This document shows positions 24,400 through 35,967 of a stretch of DNA of 64,000 nucleotides, piece after piece. The translations under genes and the position numbers were made by a program. The notes under the pieces are model-generated. The model saw only the letters and a program-made list of their open reading frames with translations, was not told where the DNA came from and made no database searches. Source of the DNA: Felis catus (Eukaryota); assembly GCF_018350175.1 (NCBI RefSeq), contig NC_058376.1:1922001-1986000 (forward strand), written 5' to 3'. The stretch's first letter is position 1; each line of letters starts with the position of its first letter.

Positions 24400-24570
24400 G
24401 GGCACGCACGTGTGCATACACATGTGCACACACACCCAGCTGCACACAAGGGCACACACACATACGCGTGTGGGCACACACAGGGCACACATGTACGCAC
24501 AGGTGCACACAAGGGCACACACATGCATGCACATGCACACACACACACGCGCGGCACTCACACACTGTGC
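24400..24570. repeat. Imperfect (CA)n/RY low-complexity tract
   Basis: cacacacat/gggcacaca units seen directly. Confidence 0.8.
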
Positions 24571-24912
24571 TGTGCTTATCGGGTCCCTTGTCACACTGGC
24601 TGATGGGAATTCCCGTGAAGCTCACAGTGTAGGCGGGACACAGGACACAGGACGCCGGTTTGGGAACCTTTGGCTACTTTGCCGTGTGAGAGGCACATGG
24701 TGAGAAAAGGCTGCTGGCAGAGTCCAGAGAAGGGAAAAGAGTTTTACTGGGTTGGAAAGGCCTCCCTAGTGCCCCCCACAGGAACCCTACTTGAGGCTGG
24801 GGTGGTCACTGCAGGGTGTTTCTTCATCCATGTTCTGGGACAATGTGTTACATTCCTTAGTGTGTTTTTAACATTTACAAGGCATCATAAACTGTGCACC
24901 CTTTTAAACATT

Positions 24913-25122
24913 AAAAAAATTTAATGTTTATTTATATTTGAGAGAGAGACAGAATGTGAGCGGGGGAGGAGCAGAGAGAGAGGGAGACACAGAATCCAAA
25001 GCAGGCTCCAGGCTCTGAGCTGTCAGCACAGAGCCCGACGCAGGGCTCGAACTCACAGACCACGAGATCACAACCTGAGCTGAAGTTGGACACTTAGCTG
25101 ACTGAGCCACCCAGGCGCCCCC
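24913..25122 (-). mobile_element. Can-SINE
   Basis: Consensus match. Confidence 0.92.
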
Positions 25123-25129
25123 TGAGTCA

Positions 25130-27620
25130 ATTTCTTTAATGGTTTAAAGTTATTCAAGTTTTAAATGGCTAATTTGGGAAAGTTACATATTTTTAGAGAT
25201 TTTATTGGGATTAAGTTGTTCATAATAGTCATTATTTAAAAAATCTCCATTATATCTGTAGTCCTGTCGCATTTTTTATCCCTAATTTCCTAGTAGTCTT
25301 TATTTGTGCTTTCTTGTTTATTCCACTGGCCAGTCTTGTCACATAGTTGTTTTTTCATAGAATCATCCTTGGCTTTGTTGATCTGTGTGGTGTGATTATT
25401 TTCTATTCCATTAATTTCTGCCTGTGATTTTGCTATTTCTATACCGAGTAACTTTAACAACATTTCCATGACACTCTCCATAGAAAATCTTCGGAAAACC
25501 GAGTACAGATGCTTTCAGTATGTCGTAGAGTGGAAGGAAGCCAACAGGGAAATCCCGGCCCCTTGTTTTATAGCGACAATAAATTCATATTTCTGACCTG
25601 CTATGGCTGAGCCTCATTCATTGTGGCAGAAACCAGTTTTTTTTCAGTCTCATTGAAATTCTTTGTTGACAGGTATAAAGGAGTCAGTGTATATACACCA
25701 TGAGCTCAGATTTTTAGGCCACAATGAAATACATAAATATAATGTTTAACCTGAAAATAAAATACCCGCTATCTTACCGGGTACTGGGAGGTTTTTGAGA
25801 CAGAATACTGTGTCTCATCTATAGCTAAAGAAAAGTATTTGCCACTTGTCGAATTCTGAATATGTTGACCATCGATGTCCTTTTTCTGCTTGCCCCTGTC
25901 ATGTTTGAGGACAGTGTGTCACAGTCTCCCTGTGACAGGAGCTGTCACTCCTCCTTGGAATGCACCAGACATTGATATTTGAGGCTATACTTTGTGGTAC
26001 ATAGAAGGTCAGGATCATTCTGTCTTTCTGGAGAGTTGGATTTTATCATCACCACTGAGACATTCTCTTCATCAGTAACGGTGCTTTCTACCCTCAAGAA
26101 CGTGTTGTCTATTAAAATAGTTGTACTAGATGTTTTGGGTTAGTGTTTGCTAGGTGTCCCTTTTTCTCTGTTCACTTTCAACCTTTCTGTCTGCATGCTC
26201 TGGACCAGGGGTTGGTCTGTCTGCATTCTCTGGACCAGGGGTTGGCACCCTTTTTAGGTAAAGGACCAGGCAGCAGCTGTCTGCAGCCTGAGGGCCTCCC
26301 GGTTGCTGCTGCAACCACGAAGCCCTGCTGTTGCAGCACGAGTTGCCATAGACCAGGCACAAGCAAGGAGCGTGGCCATGTCCAGTGAGCCTCGTGGACA
26401 CCTGGGCAGAGGCCCAGCACTGCCCCGAGGGAGGGGTGCAGCCTGTACCCTGACTCAGACCACAATAGCACAGAGCTGAATTTCGTTTCTAAAAGATTCG
26501 ATCTCTGTTTTTTAACTGGAGAGTTTAGTCTATTTATATTTATTATGATCACTAATATATTTGAATATATTTCTATCATCTTATTTTGTGATCGTCTTTG
26601 CCCCACCTTTCCATGCTGCTTCTCAAAGTCCCTTTCTACCTGCTGTCATGTTGACATTTTACAAGTTTCCTTTTGTTTTCTGTCTTCTCTGGTTCTGAAG
26701 TTCCTATGCTTTCTATTCTTGGATTGGCGGTCCTTAAGATTTCCGTGGGCATCCCTCATGTGGTCTGGCATCAGTCATGTCCCTTCTCACCTGTACATAA
26801 AGCAGGTTCCCTCCAGCTTACCGACATTGTCTGTCCAGGGCTCTGGTTTGCCTTTAAATTTTTTCTAACCCCACTAATTAGCATTGCTGCTATTCTCCTC
26901 AGTTAATATTTGTTTATCCACATATCTACCAGCTTCTTAAGTCACTGCCCCGCTCCACCTCCCCGATGGTTCCCCCTGGGTCTGGTGCTCCTCCCTGGGG
27001 GCGTCCTGCAGGTGCTCCTGTGTGTGCACTGCTGATGAGTGAGCTTGCCCGGGAACGTGCATGGAGGTGGAGGGAGGCACGCGGACCTTTCCATCTGTCT
27101 CACTGCCTCCTCGGGGGCAGCTATGGAGCCCACTGCAGCCGCTCCCCGTGGGCAAGCTGGGCTGTTCTCTGGCTGCTTCCAGCACATTCTGTCCTGAGAA
27201 CTCCCGGTGCTCGTCATGTGGGGGGGACTTGGGTCTCTCGCACTTGCCTGTGCTGCTCTTTGGGACCTGAGGACGTCCTTCGTCATCCCTAGAAGACAGC
27301 TTCTGCCCCTAGTTCTCTCTGGTCTCTTCCTCTGGAAGAGCAATTCATCGACTACCGGGTCTTCTCCGTCTATCTTCCAAGTCTCCGGGCCACGCTTTGT
27401 CCTCACGGGGTCCCTGCAGCTCAGTGCTGTGGCTCGTGGCAGCCCGTGGCAGTGCACCCGCCCCGCCGTCTCTCCACGCAGAGGGCTTTCGCTTCAGTGG
27501 TTTCACCCGTTTTAGCTTTAGAGGTTACATTTGGTTCTCCCGAGTGCACGGATCTTAAAAAAAAATGGAACCTTCTTCCTCTTTCGTGTTTCTTGTTTCA
27601 TCTCTTAGTTTCACCCATTT
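25130..27620 (-). mobile_element. Ancient L1 (L1M-type) fragments, discontinuous
   Basis: T-rich antisense L1 text; ORF fragment ININRLNSPVKKQR (ORF2 endonuclease start) at 26178-26606. Confidence 0.6.
26235..26455. mobile_element. MER58-like hAT-Charlie DNA transposon
   Basis: caggggttggca...gtaaaggaccag...ctgctgttgcagcacga...gccatagac resembles MER58A. Confidence 0.6.
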
Positions 27621-28651
27621 GAAGCTCATGTATTCAACGTCTGTGGTGGGATTTCTACGGCGTGAGGTTCTCGGGCGGCTGCTGCCTCTGTGGCACTTTG
27701 CCCGCACGGACGTGTGCGCTCATGCGGTCGCGTCTGTGTCGCGAGCTCACGCTTCCGCTTCTGTAGTTGTGCCGACTCTGAAAAGCCCGGACTGCAGGTG
27801 TGAGCCTCTGGAGAGGTGCGCCAGGACTGGCGTTGAGCTCACGGTGCACGGCGTCTCGCTGAGCACCCACGACGGCCTCCGGAGCCGGGCACTGGCAAGC
27901 ACCCCCGTCACAGATGGGGACGCGGAGGCTGCGGAGGGGCTGTCCCAGGTGACAGTCTGTAGATGGCAGGGCTGCCGCTCAAACCCAGCTCCGGCCGCCC
28001 GTGCAGCGGGGCTCTTGAAGCCGCAGCGCCTCGTGGATGGGGGCACTGGGCCACCCTGCAAGTGAGGGGAAGGGGAAGGAGGCCCGGCCCGCCGGGAGAA
28101 GCTGAGAACAGGGAGCGGCTGTGAGCGCACAGCACGGTGCACCTGCTCCTGGCACACGTCCCTCCGCGGCCTCCTGTGTTCCGTCTGCAGCGGCACCTTC
28201 ACCCGGCCTGATGGCACACAGCCGTCCACCCCGGGCCCCGGGGCGGATGTGGTGTCAGGGCCAGGGAAGGGCCCCATGGCGGTGTCCTGCTCCTCTCCGT
28301 CCCCAAGGGAAACGCGCCAGGAGCACCACAGCCCCGAGGTGCTGATGGCCACAGGCGCTGCTCGGGACACTGGCCAAGGAGCCTGTAGGCGCCGCGCTCA
28401 GACGAGAAGGCCGCGCTGCTCTCGGCCAAGGGCGGATCGGTGGCAGAAAGCGCCAGCCCACGGAGCCGAGGGGAACGGCCCAGTCGGGCTCCGCCGTACC
28501 CCGTGCCAGCTTGGTGCCGGTCTCCCCGCGGTGGCGCTGACCCAGGAGTGCTCCCTCATGGCTCTGGCCCAACATCCCGGGCGCAGCAGTGAGGGCAGCG
28601 CGGCAGCCAGCCCCGCGCGCTCGGCCTCGCAGGCTGCAAACAGTCTCATTT

Positions 28652-28751
28652 GTCAGTGCAGAGCCCGACGCGGGGCTCGAACTCACGAACCGTGAGATCA
28701 TGACCTGAGCTGAAGTCAGATGCTTAACTGACTGAGCCACCCAGGCACCCC
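28652..28751 (-). mobile_element. Can-SINE 5' head only
   Basis: gagcccgacgcggggctcgaactcacgaacc...gagccacccaggcacccc, with no (CT)n or tail. Confidence 0.88.
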
Positions 28752-28894
28752 TGAAAAGTATTCTCTATACAAAAAAGTCCAACTAACTAACAAGCAATGC
28801 CTCCACGTACAGAAGCACATAAAAGGTAGTAATGTTCTGCTCACATGAATGCAGTGTTCCTACTGGTCTTCCTAATTGGGTTTTATTTACATAT

Positions 28895-30490
28895 TTTGTT
28901 TATATTTATTCATTTTTTAATTTACATCCAAGTTAGTTAGCATCTAGTGCAACAGTGATTTCAGGAGTAGATTCCAGTGATTCATCCCCTATGTATAACG
29001 CCCAGTGCTCATTCCAAGTGTCTTCCTTAATGCCCTTTACCCATTTAGCCACCCCCCCCCCCCAACAGCCCCTCCAGCAACCCTCTCTGTTCTCTATATT
29101 TAAGAGTCTCTTATGTTTTGTCCCCCTCCCTGTTTTTATATTATTTTTGCTTCCCTTTCCTTATGTTCATCTGTTTAGTATCTTAAATTTCTCATATGGG
29201 TGAAGTCATATGACATTTGCCTTTCTCTAATTTCACTTAGCATAATACACTCTAGTTCCATCCACGTTGTGGCAAATGGAAGGATTTCATTTTTTTTTTT
29301 GNNNNNNNNNNNNNNNNNNNNNNNNNNNNNNNNNNNNNNNNNNNNNNNNNNNNNNNNNNNNNNNNNNNNNNNNNNNNNNNNNNNNNNNNNNNNNNNNNNN
29401 NNNNNNNNNNNNNNNNNNNNNNNNNNNNNNNNNNNNNNNNNNNNNNNNNNNNNNNNNNNTTTTTTGGGTGTTGAGTTTGATAAGTTCTTTATAGATTTTT
29501 GAATACTAATCCTTTATCCGATATGTTGTTTGCAAATATCTTCTCCCATTCTGTCAGTTGCCTTTTAGTTTTGCTGATTGTTTCCTTCACTGTGCAAAAG
29601 CTTTTTATTTTGATGAGGTCCCAATAATTCAATTTTGCTTTTGTTTCCCTTGCCTCCGGAGATGTGAGTAAGAAGTTGCTATAGCCGAAGTCAAAGAGGT
29701 TGCTGCCTGTTTTCTCCTCTAGGATTTTGATGGCTTCCTGTCTTATGTTTAGCTCTTTCATCCATTTTGAGTTTATTTTTGTGTATGGTGTAAGAAAGTG
29801 TCCAGTTCATTCTTCTGCATGAAGAGACTGTCTTTATTCCATTGGATATTCTTTCCGGCTTTGTCAAAGAATAGTTGGCCATACGTTTGTGGGTCCATTT
29901 CTGGGTTCTCTAGTCTGTTCCATTGATCTGAGTGTCTGTTTTTGTGCCAGTACCATACTGTCTTGATGATTACAGATTTGTGATACAGCTTGAAGTCCGG
30001 GATTGTGTTGCCTCCTGCTTTGGTTTTCTTTTTCAAGATTGCTTTGGCTATTCGGGGTCTTTTCTGGTTCCATACAAATTTTAGGATTGTTTGTTCTAGC
30101 TCTNNNNNNNNNNNNNNNNNNNNNNNNNNNNNNNNNNNNNNNNNNNNNNNNNNNNNNNNNNNNNNNNNNNNNNNNNNNNNNNNNNNNNNNNNNNNNNNNN
30201 NNNNNNNNNNNNNNNNNNNNNNNNNNNNNNNNNNNNNNNNNNNNNNNNNNNNNNNNNNTTCCAGTGTATAGATTTCTCACCTCTTTGGTTAGGTTTATTC
30301 CTAGTATTTTATGGTTTTTGGTGTAATTGTAAATGGGATTGATTCCTTAATTTCTCTTTTTGTTGCTACATTATTGGTGTGTAGGAATGCAACAAATTTC
30401 TGTGCATTGATTTTATATACTGCAACTTTGCTGAATTCATGGATCAGTTCTAGGAGTGTTTTGGTGGAATCTTTTGGGTTTTCCATCTGA
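28895..30490 (-). mobile_element. Carnivore L1, 5'-truncated
   Basis: ORF2 fragments [22 protein letters not shown] and WDLIKIKSFCTVKE; two N gaps. Confidence 0.95.
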
Positions 30491-30509
30491 TCTTTTTTAT
30501 ATTGTGATA

Positions 30510-30860
30510 TGGTGAGCGTGGAGGGCATGGAAGCTCCACGTGCTCTCCTCACGCCTTACCCTCCACATCCTTCCATCTGGCTGTTTCTGAGTTCCGTGAG
30601 CTGCTCTAAACAAATCAGTTGAACCCAAGGACCTCTGATCTGGAGCTGGTTGGTCAGAAACACAGGTGACAAGCTCAGCTTGCTGCAGGCATCTGAAGTG
30701 GTGTGGGGGTCAGTCTCTAGGACGGAGCCATTAACCTGTGGGATCTGACACTGTCTCCAAGTAGGTAGTGTCAGAACTGAGTTGAATTCCAAGACACCCT
30801 GGGAGGGTGTCCCAGAGCACTGTTTGTTGGAGGTGTGGGGAAGCCTTCTCACACCTATAT
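30510..30860. mobile_element. ERV LTR fragment (MER21-like)
   Basis: ttaacctgtgggatctgaca...gtagtgtcagaactgagttgaatt...gacaccc recalled as MER21 family. Confidence 0.65.
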
Positions 30861-30913
30861 GAAAATTGGGTCCAAGAACCCAATTTATGTATTATTCACA
30901 GTTAGTTAATTAA

Positions 30914-31125
30914 AATTTTTTTCAACATTTATTTATTTTTGGGACAGAGAGAGACAGAGCATGAACGGGGGAGGGGCAGAGAGAGAGGGAGACACAGCAT
31001 CGGAAACAGGCTCCAGGCTCCGAGCCATCAGCCCAGAGCCCGACGCGGGGCTCGAACTCCCGGACCGCGAGATCGTGACCTGGCTGAAGTCGGACGCTTA
31101 ACCGACTGCGCCACCCAGGCGCCCC
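30914..31125 (-). mobile_element. Young feline SINE with 17-bp TSD
   Basis: CpG-intact consensus; TSD cacagttagttaattaa on both sides. Confidence 0.95.
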
Positions 31126-33011
31126 AACACAGTTAGTTAATTAATTAGAAGCCTTCTTTGCACCACACAATTCAGTGCTTCCCTCCTCCCCACAGGTAAT
31201 TATCATCCTAAATTTAATATTTGTCATTCTCATGCTTTTATTTATGGATTTACCACACGTGTCCTCCATAAATATTTGCATCTCTTAACTTCTCTTACCT
31301 ATTTGCCACTTTGACTCTCTTTTGCTGCATGCTGGATGCTTTCTTTGGACCTGCCTTCTGATTTTTCTAATTCTCTCTTTAGCTGTGTCTAATATTCTGT
31401 TTTAAGTTGTCCACGGAGTTTTTAATTTCCATCACTTGACTTTTTTGATTTCTCGAAGTTCTCTTTGTTTCCCTCAAGTCTATTTCTTCTAGTTTAATAC
31501 ATTTATTCTGTTTTCATATTTACATTTCTCTCCCTAATTTCTTTAAATATAAACACTTTTTTTTATAGTCACCATGCTATACATTACATCCTGAGGACTT
31601 TTTAATTTTGTAACTTGAAATTTGTATCTTTTGACCCCATACCCATTTCACCCCCCAGCCCTGGAAAACATCAGTATCTTCTCTGTATTTATCACCTCGT
31701 TCTGTTTTGTTTTCTTTCCTTTGGTTTGTGTTTTAGAATTCACATATAAGTGAGATCATACAGTATTTGTCTTTCTCCAACTTATTTTGCTCAACATCAT
31801 TATTTTAATGTTTCTGTCTGATAGCTCCAACATCTGTGTCATTTTTGAGTCTAGTTTTGTTGATTGCTTTGTTCTTAGAAAATGGATTGAGTTTTTTCCT
31901 TGCTTTTTTAAAATATGTCTTCTAATGTTTGATTGAATATCAGATATCTTGTATTAATTGAAAGGGACATACCCAGTGTTTCTTCCTGGAAACGGGTGAG
32001 TCTCTTCTGTCAGGTCACCAGGGTGGTGGGGGGTAAGTTTCGATCAGCCTGCTCAGATGTTGACCTTGGCTTGGGCGTTGCTGTTCTTGCGATGACCTTC
32101 AAGGTACCTAAGACTTCGGATTCCTTCGTGCTGGGCTTCCAGTGCCGTGTGCCCAGGGCGAGGGCTGGAGGCGCAGAGTTCTTGCTCTGCCCTAAGTTTC
32201 CAGCAGCCCCTGTGTGCCCCGCCCACGGAGGGGACCCTCCACATGCCTGCCTCTCCCCAGTGACCGCTGTTGCTCCTGCAGCCGTGCCGGCCAGGCCGAG
32301 TCAGGGGCAGGAGGGCTCTGTTGTTCTGGCCCCAGGTCAGTCCTGAGCAGGCCCGTGGGCCTGGGTCTTGGAGGGCGAGGCTTCCTCACTTCCGGCTGCT
32401 CCTCCCCGGGATGGTCAGACTCCCCTTTGTAGTGGGGGTGGGTTTGTGCGAGCTTCCCCGCCCTCCCTGTTGTAGCGATCCTCGAAGGCACCACGTCAGG
32501 CCCGGCGCCCGGCCCGATTCCCGGCCCCTGTTCAGCGGGGCGGGTTACCCCTGCACTTCCCCTTCTGCAGTGTGAGTCTCTGTGGTGGGTGTGTGGATGG
32601 CACCGCCCCCCTGCGGCCTCCGAGGAGCCCCCACCTCCAGCTGAGCTGTTGGAAAGGGGGCTCTTTGAGGAGGGGCGGCCGCGCTTATGGTTTGTATATG
32701 CCGTCGAGGAAAGAACTTCAAAGTCTGTGAAAATAAGACAGGGGCAAGCTGCCTCAGGAAGGCACGATTTATTGGGCTCACACGGGCTGGGTTCCCTGCC
32801 GGAGACAGAGAAGGACCCTGGCGGAGACACGCAGGGTCACAGGGGGACCCGGCTCGTCCTGCTCCGTCCTCGCCCCAGGGTTCAGACGACTCATCGGGAA
32901 TGTTTGAGCTGCCACGCGCAGAACTGGAGGCCGGGCGAAGACTTGGTCCTCACCGGAGGGGCACGGGTGGGGCCCCCTCTGCCCCCGGAGCAGGTGTTAG
33001 GAGACCCCTGG

Positions 33012-33467
33012 TCAGAAGCAGCACGGGGAGCTACAGCACACGGGTCTGCAGACCAGGGTGGGGCAGGAGGGCCGGCAGGAGGGCACACACTCGGGCTTGC
33101 AGCTCACGGGCACGCACACAGTGGGTCTGCAGCTCACGGGCACGCACACGGTGGGTCTGCAGCTCACGGGCACGCACGTGGAGGACTGGCAGGAGGGCAC
33201 ACACTCGGGCTTGCAGCTCACGGGCACGCACACAGAGGACTGGCAAGAGGGCACACACGCGGGCCTGCAGCTCACGGGCACGCATGTGGAGGACTGGCAG
33301 GAAGGCACACACTCGGGCCTGCAGCTCACGGGCACGCACACGGCGAGTCTGCAGCTCACGGGCACGCACACGGGCTTGCAGCTCACGGGCACACAGCAGG
33401 ATGCCTGGCCGGGGCCGGAGGAGCCGCAGGAAGCCTGGCAGCCCGCAGAGCAGCTGGTGTGGCACAT
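33012..33467 (-). CDS. KRTAP12: Keratin-associated protein 12 family member, 151 aa (repeat-expanded twin of 19851-20138)
   Basis: MCHTSCSAGCQ...CRPVCCSSPCCF. TATAAA at 33542-33547, AATAAA at 32768-32773 (minus). Confidence 0.93.
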   Translation of the reverse strand: MCHTSCSAGCQASCGSSGPGQASCCVPVSCKPVCVPVSCRLAVCVPVSCRPECVPSCQSSTCVPVSCRPACVPSCQSSVCVPVSCKPECVPSCQSSTCVPVSCRPTVCVPVSCRPTVCVPVSCKPECVPSCRPSCPTLVCRPVCCSSPCCF

Positions 33468-33540
33468 GTTGGTGTGGGGCTCGGCCGGTGTCCGGGAGGG
33501 AGGAGGGCAGGGATGTCTGGAGGCTCCTTGCCTGGGCCGC

Positions 33541-33566
33541 CTTTATACCGGGCCGTGGGCGTCCTG
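33541..33566 (-). promoter_or_regulatory. KRTAP12 core promoter (GGACGCC + TATA)
   Basis: Reverse complement GGACGCCCACGGCCCGGTATAAAG. Confidence 0.7.
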
Positions 33567-33887
33567 GCCACCCAGAGGCACAGCTGTGGACTTCCTCATG
33601 GCTGTTCCCACCACGTTTCCCCAATACCCTCTTGTCCTGAGACGCCCTCCCCCGTGTGACGCTCCGCTGTAAATTATGTTTAGCTTAGAGGCCAGTTTCT
33701 TCTTCTGTAAACAGGACGTCCTGGTTCGACTTTACTTGGGGTCCCTGTCACTTCTCCAGGCCAATACTGTGCCCGGAGCACCACTGGTTCGACTCAGCGC
33801 CGAGCCTTTATTCCTTTTTGCCGTCAGTGGAGGCTTTGGGGCAATAATGTGTTTTGAGCTTTTATGTTGCACGGGAAAACATTCAAG

Positions 33888-34106
33888 TGGGGATCTGCAA
33901 ACTGGGGAGCAGAGACGTCTGTGGGACAAAGGTGGCCTGCCGCCTGTTTGGCAAATAAAGTTTTATTGGAAATGGCCATGCTCGTTTGCTTACATGCCGT
34001 CTAGGGCTCGCGCTGTAATGTGAAGCGGTTATGAGACAGACCACGTCACTGCAGAGGCTGAAACATTTACTGTCTTCCATTTATAGAAAGGTGACCGACT
34101 TCTGCC
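33888..34106. mobile_element. MER58-like DNA transposon
   Basis: ggcctgccgcctgttt...aaataaagttttattggaa...aaacatttactgtct...tttatagaaa. Confidence 0.7.
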
Positions 34107-34519
34107 TTATAGCCATCTATGTAATCATCGATTTGTTCGTGCAACAGACATATACTTTGTGCTGGCTATAGAGATGTCCTAGCCTCATGGGCCTTCCGGG
34201 GCAATGGATACATGAGTGCGTACAAATCAACGCCTGAAATAATTACAGAGAGGGCCGAGTCCCAGAAAGGAAAGCAGGCTCAGCAGGTAGAGAGTAATGG
34301 GGTGTTGGTGGGTGGCTGGGGGCCTCTGTGTGGAGGTGACGCTGAACTGGCTCCTGGGAGATGCGGAGGGGTCGGGAGGCAGTGTTCCAAGCAGAGGCAG
34401 CCGTGGGAGTGTTAACGACACTGCTGTAGGATGGGCATGCTCCAGGAGCAGTGGGAAGTGTGGACGAGCGCAGCGTGGATGCTCGTCTTTAGGTGTGGGT
34501 GGACGGGTTCAGACCGTGC

Positions 34520-34810
34520 AGCTGGGGGTCCAGGCATGCCAGTCCTGGGCCGACAGAAGAAGAAAGACAATGTCAACTTGAAGACACGTCGGGAGGAATC
34601 ATCCAATCCGAAGAAGAGGGAACAGAATTACGAAAAACGAAGAGGGTCCCTGGGACAATATCGGGAAGTCGAACAACAAGCAAGTTCAACACAAGAAGGA
34701 GAAGAGAATGATACTGAAGCACAAGAATGTTTTGAATAATGGACAAAATACCCAAATTTGATCTATTAAAAAAAATTCTACCTAACAGCTCCAAGAATCT
34801 CAGAACCCCG
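34520..34810 (+). mobile_element. Ancient L1 ORF1-region fragment
   Basis: A-rich caacttgaagaca...atccaatccgaagaa...ctgggacaatatc...gaaggagaagaga...tttgaataat. Confidence 0.55.
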
Positions 34811-35520
34811 CCCCCCCCACCAAAGCCCCAGCATAATTTGGCCCAATGGTGAGGACCACGGACTCCAGAGTGAAACCCAGCAGCTTCCAATTCCTGCTGC
34901 TTGGCCGCCCCGGTGAGAACGTGCACACAGCACGGAATCCTTCCGAACCTAATTGCACATATGTGTAAGTGGGGCACACCTGCCCCTCGAATGGTGGCAG
35001 GGACCGATAACTAATCAGTTATGAGACGATCCACGTGAGATGCTTAGCACAACACCCGGCACAAAGCTGGGACTCCCTCATTGTTATTCTTGCAATAACG
35101 TGGCCACGGCTCTCCCCGATGAGGAGCCCAGCCGCCTGGCCCTGGCCAGGGGGGAAGGCCTTGTAGATCACTGAGTTTCCAAATCAAAACGGGGGGACCG
35201 CCCCCACCCCGTTCCCCCACCCCGGGTCTGGTGACTGGGATGGTACTTGTGTGGACAGGGGGCAGGGTGTATAAACTTGGGGAGGACCTTGAACGTCCTG
35301 ATGTGGAGTCCCCTGTCCCTGCTGACGGTCCTTGGCCATCCAACCTGGGGTCTGAATCCAGAAATCGCAGGGCCGCTGGGTCACAGTGAGCCTGGGGGCT
35401 GAGACCGAGTTTCCTGAACGGAGTCACTTCCCACAGAACCTCCAGGAAGAGACGCACCCAGGAGGAAGAGGAAGAAAACAAGCAGGCAACCAGGAGGAGG
35501 GCACCTGTGTGGCTTGTTGC

Positions 35521-35546
35521 CGGGACGCCACAGCCTGGGTATAAAA
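35521..35546 (+). promoter_or_regulatory. KRTAP12 core promoter (GGACGCC + TATA)
   Basis: CGGGACGCCACAGCCTGGGTATAAAA. Confidence 0.7.
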
Positions 35547-35616
35547 GCCGCCTGGGGAAGGAGGCTCCAGACCAGCCCCGTTTTCCACCCTGACTCCACT
35601 CCAGCCCTACATCGCC

Positions 35617-35967
35617 ATGTGCCACACCAGCGGCTCCACTGGCTGCCAGCCGGCCTGCTGTGTGCCCAGCTCCTGCCAGGCATCCTGCCACGTGCCCAGC
35701 TCCTGCCAGACAGCCTGCTATGTGCCCAGCTCCTGCCAGGCGTCCTGCCATGTGCCCAGCTCCTGCCAGACAGCCTGCTATGTGCCCAGCTCCTGCCAGA
35801 CGTCCTGCCGCGTGCCCGTGAGCTGCAAGCCTGTCGTGTACCTGCCTGTGAGCTGCAAGCCCATTGTGTGTGTGACCCCCTCCTGCCAGTCCTCCGGGTG
35901 CTGCCGGCCCTCCTGCCCCACCCTGGTCCTCAGGCCTGTTCCCTGCGGCACCCCTAACTGCGGCTAG
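35617..35967 (+). CDS. KRTAP12: Keratin-associated protein 12 family member, 116 aa (C-terminus resembles KRTAP12-4 type)
   Basis: MCHTSGSTGCQPACCVPSSCQ... decapeptide repeats, ends CPTLVLRPVPCGTPNCG. TATAAAA at 35540-35546, AATAAA at 36221-36226. Confidence 0.92.
   Translation: MCHTSGSTGCQPACCVPSSCQASCHVPSSCQTACYVPSSCQASCHVPSSCQTACYVPSSCQTSCRVPVSCKPVVYLPVSCKPIVCVTPSCQSSGCCRPSCPTLVLRPVPCGTPNCG

Noticed and set aside
25480-25880. AT-rich segment interrupting old L1, possibly a DNA transposon or processed pseudogene
   Set aside because: I could not assign it from sequence alone; it needs a Dfam or BLAST search.
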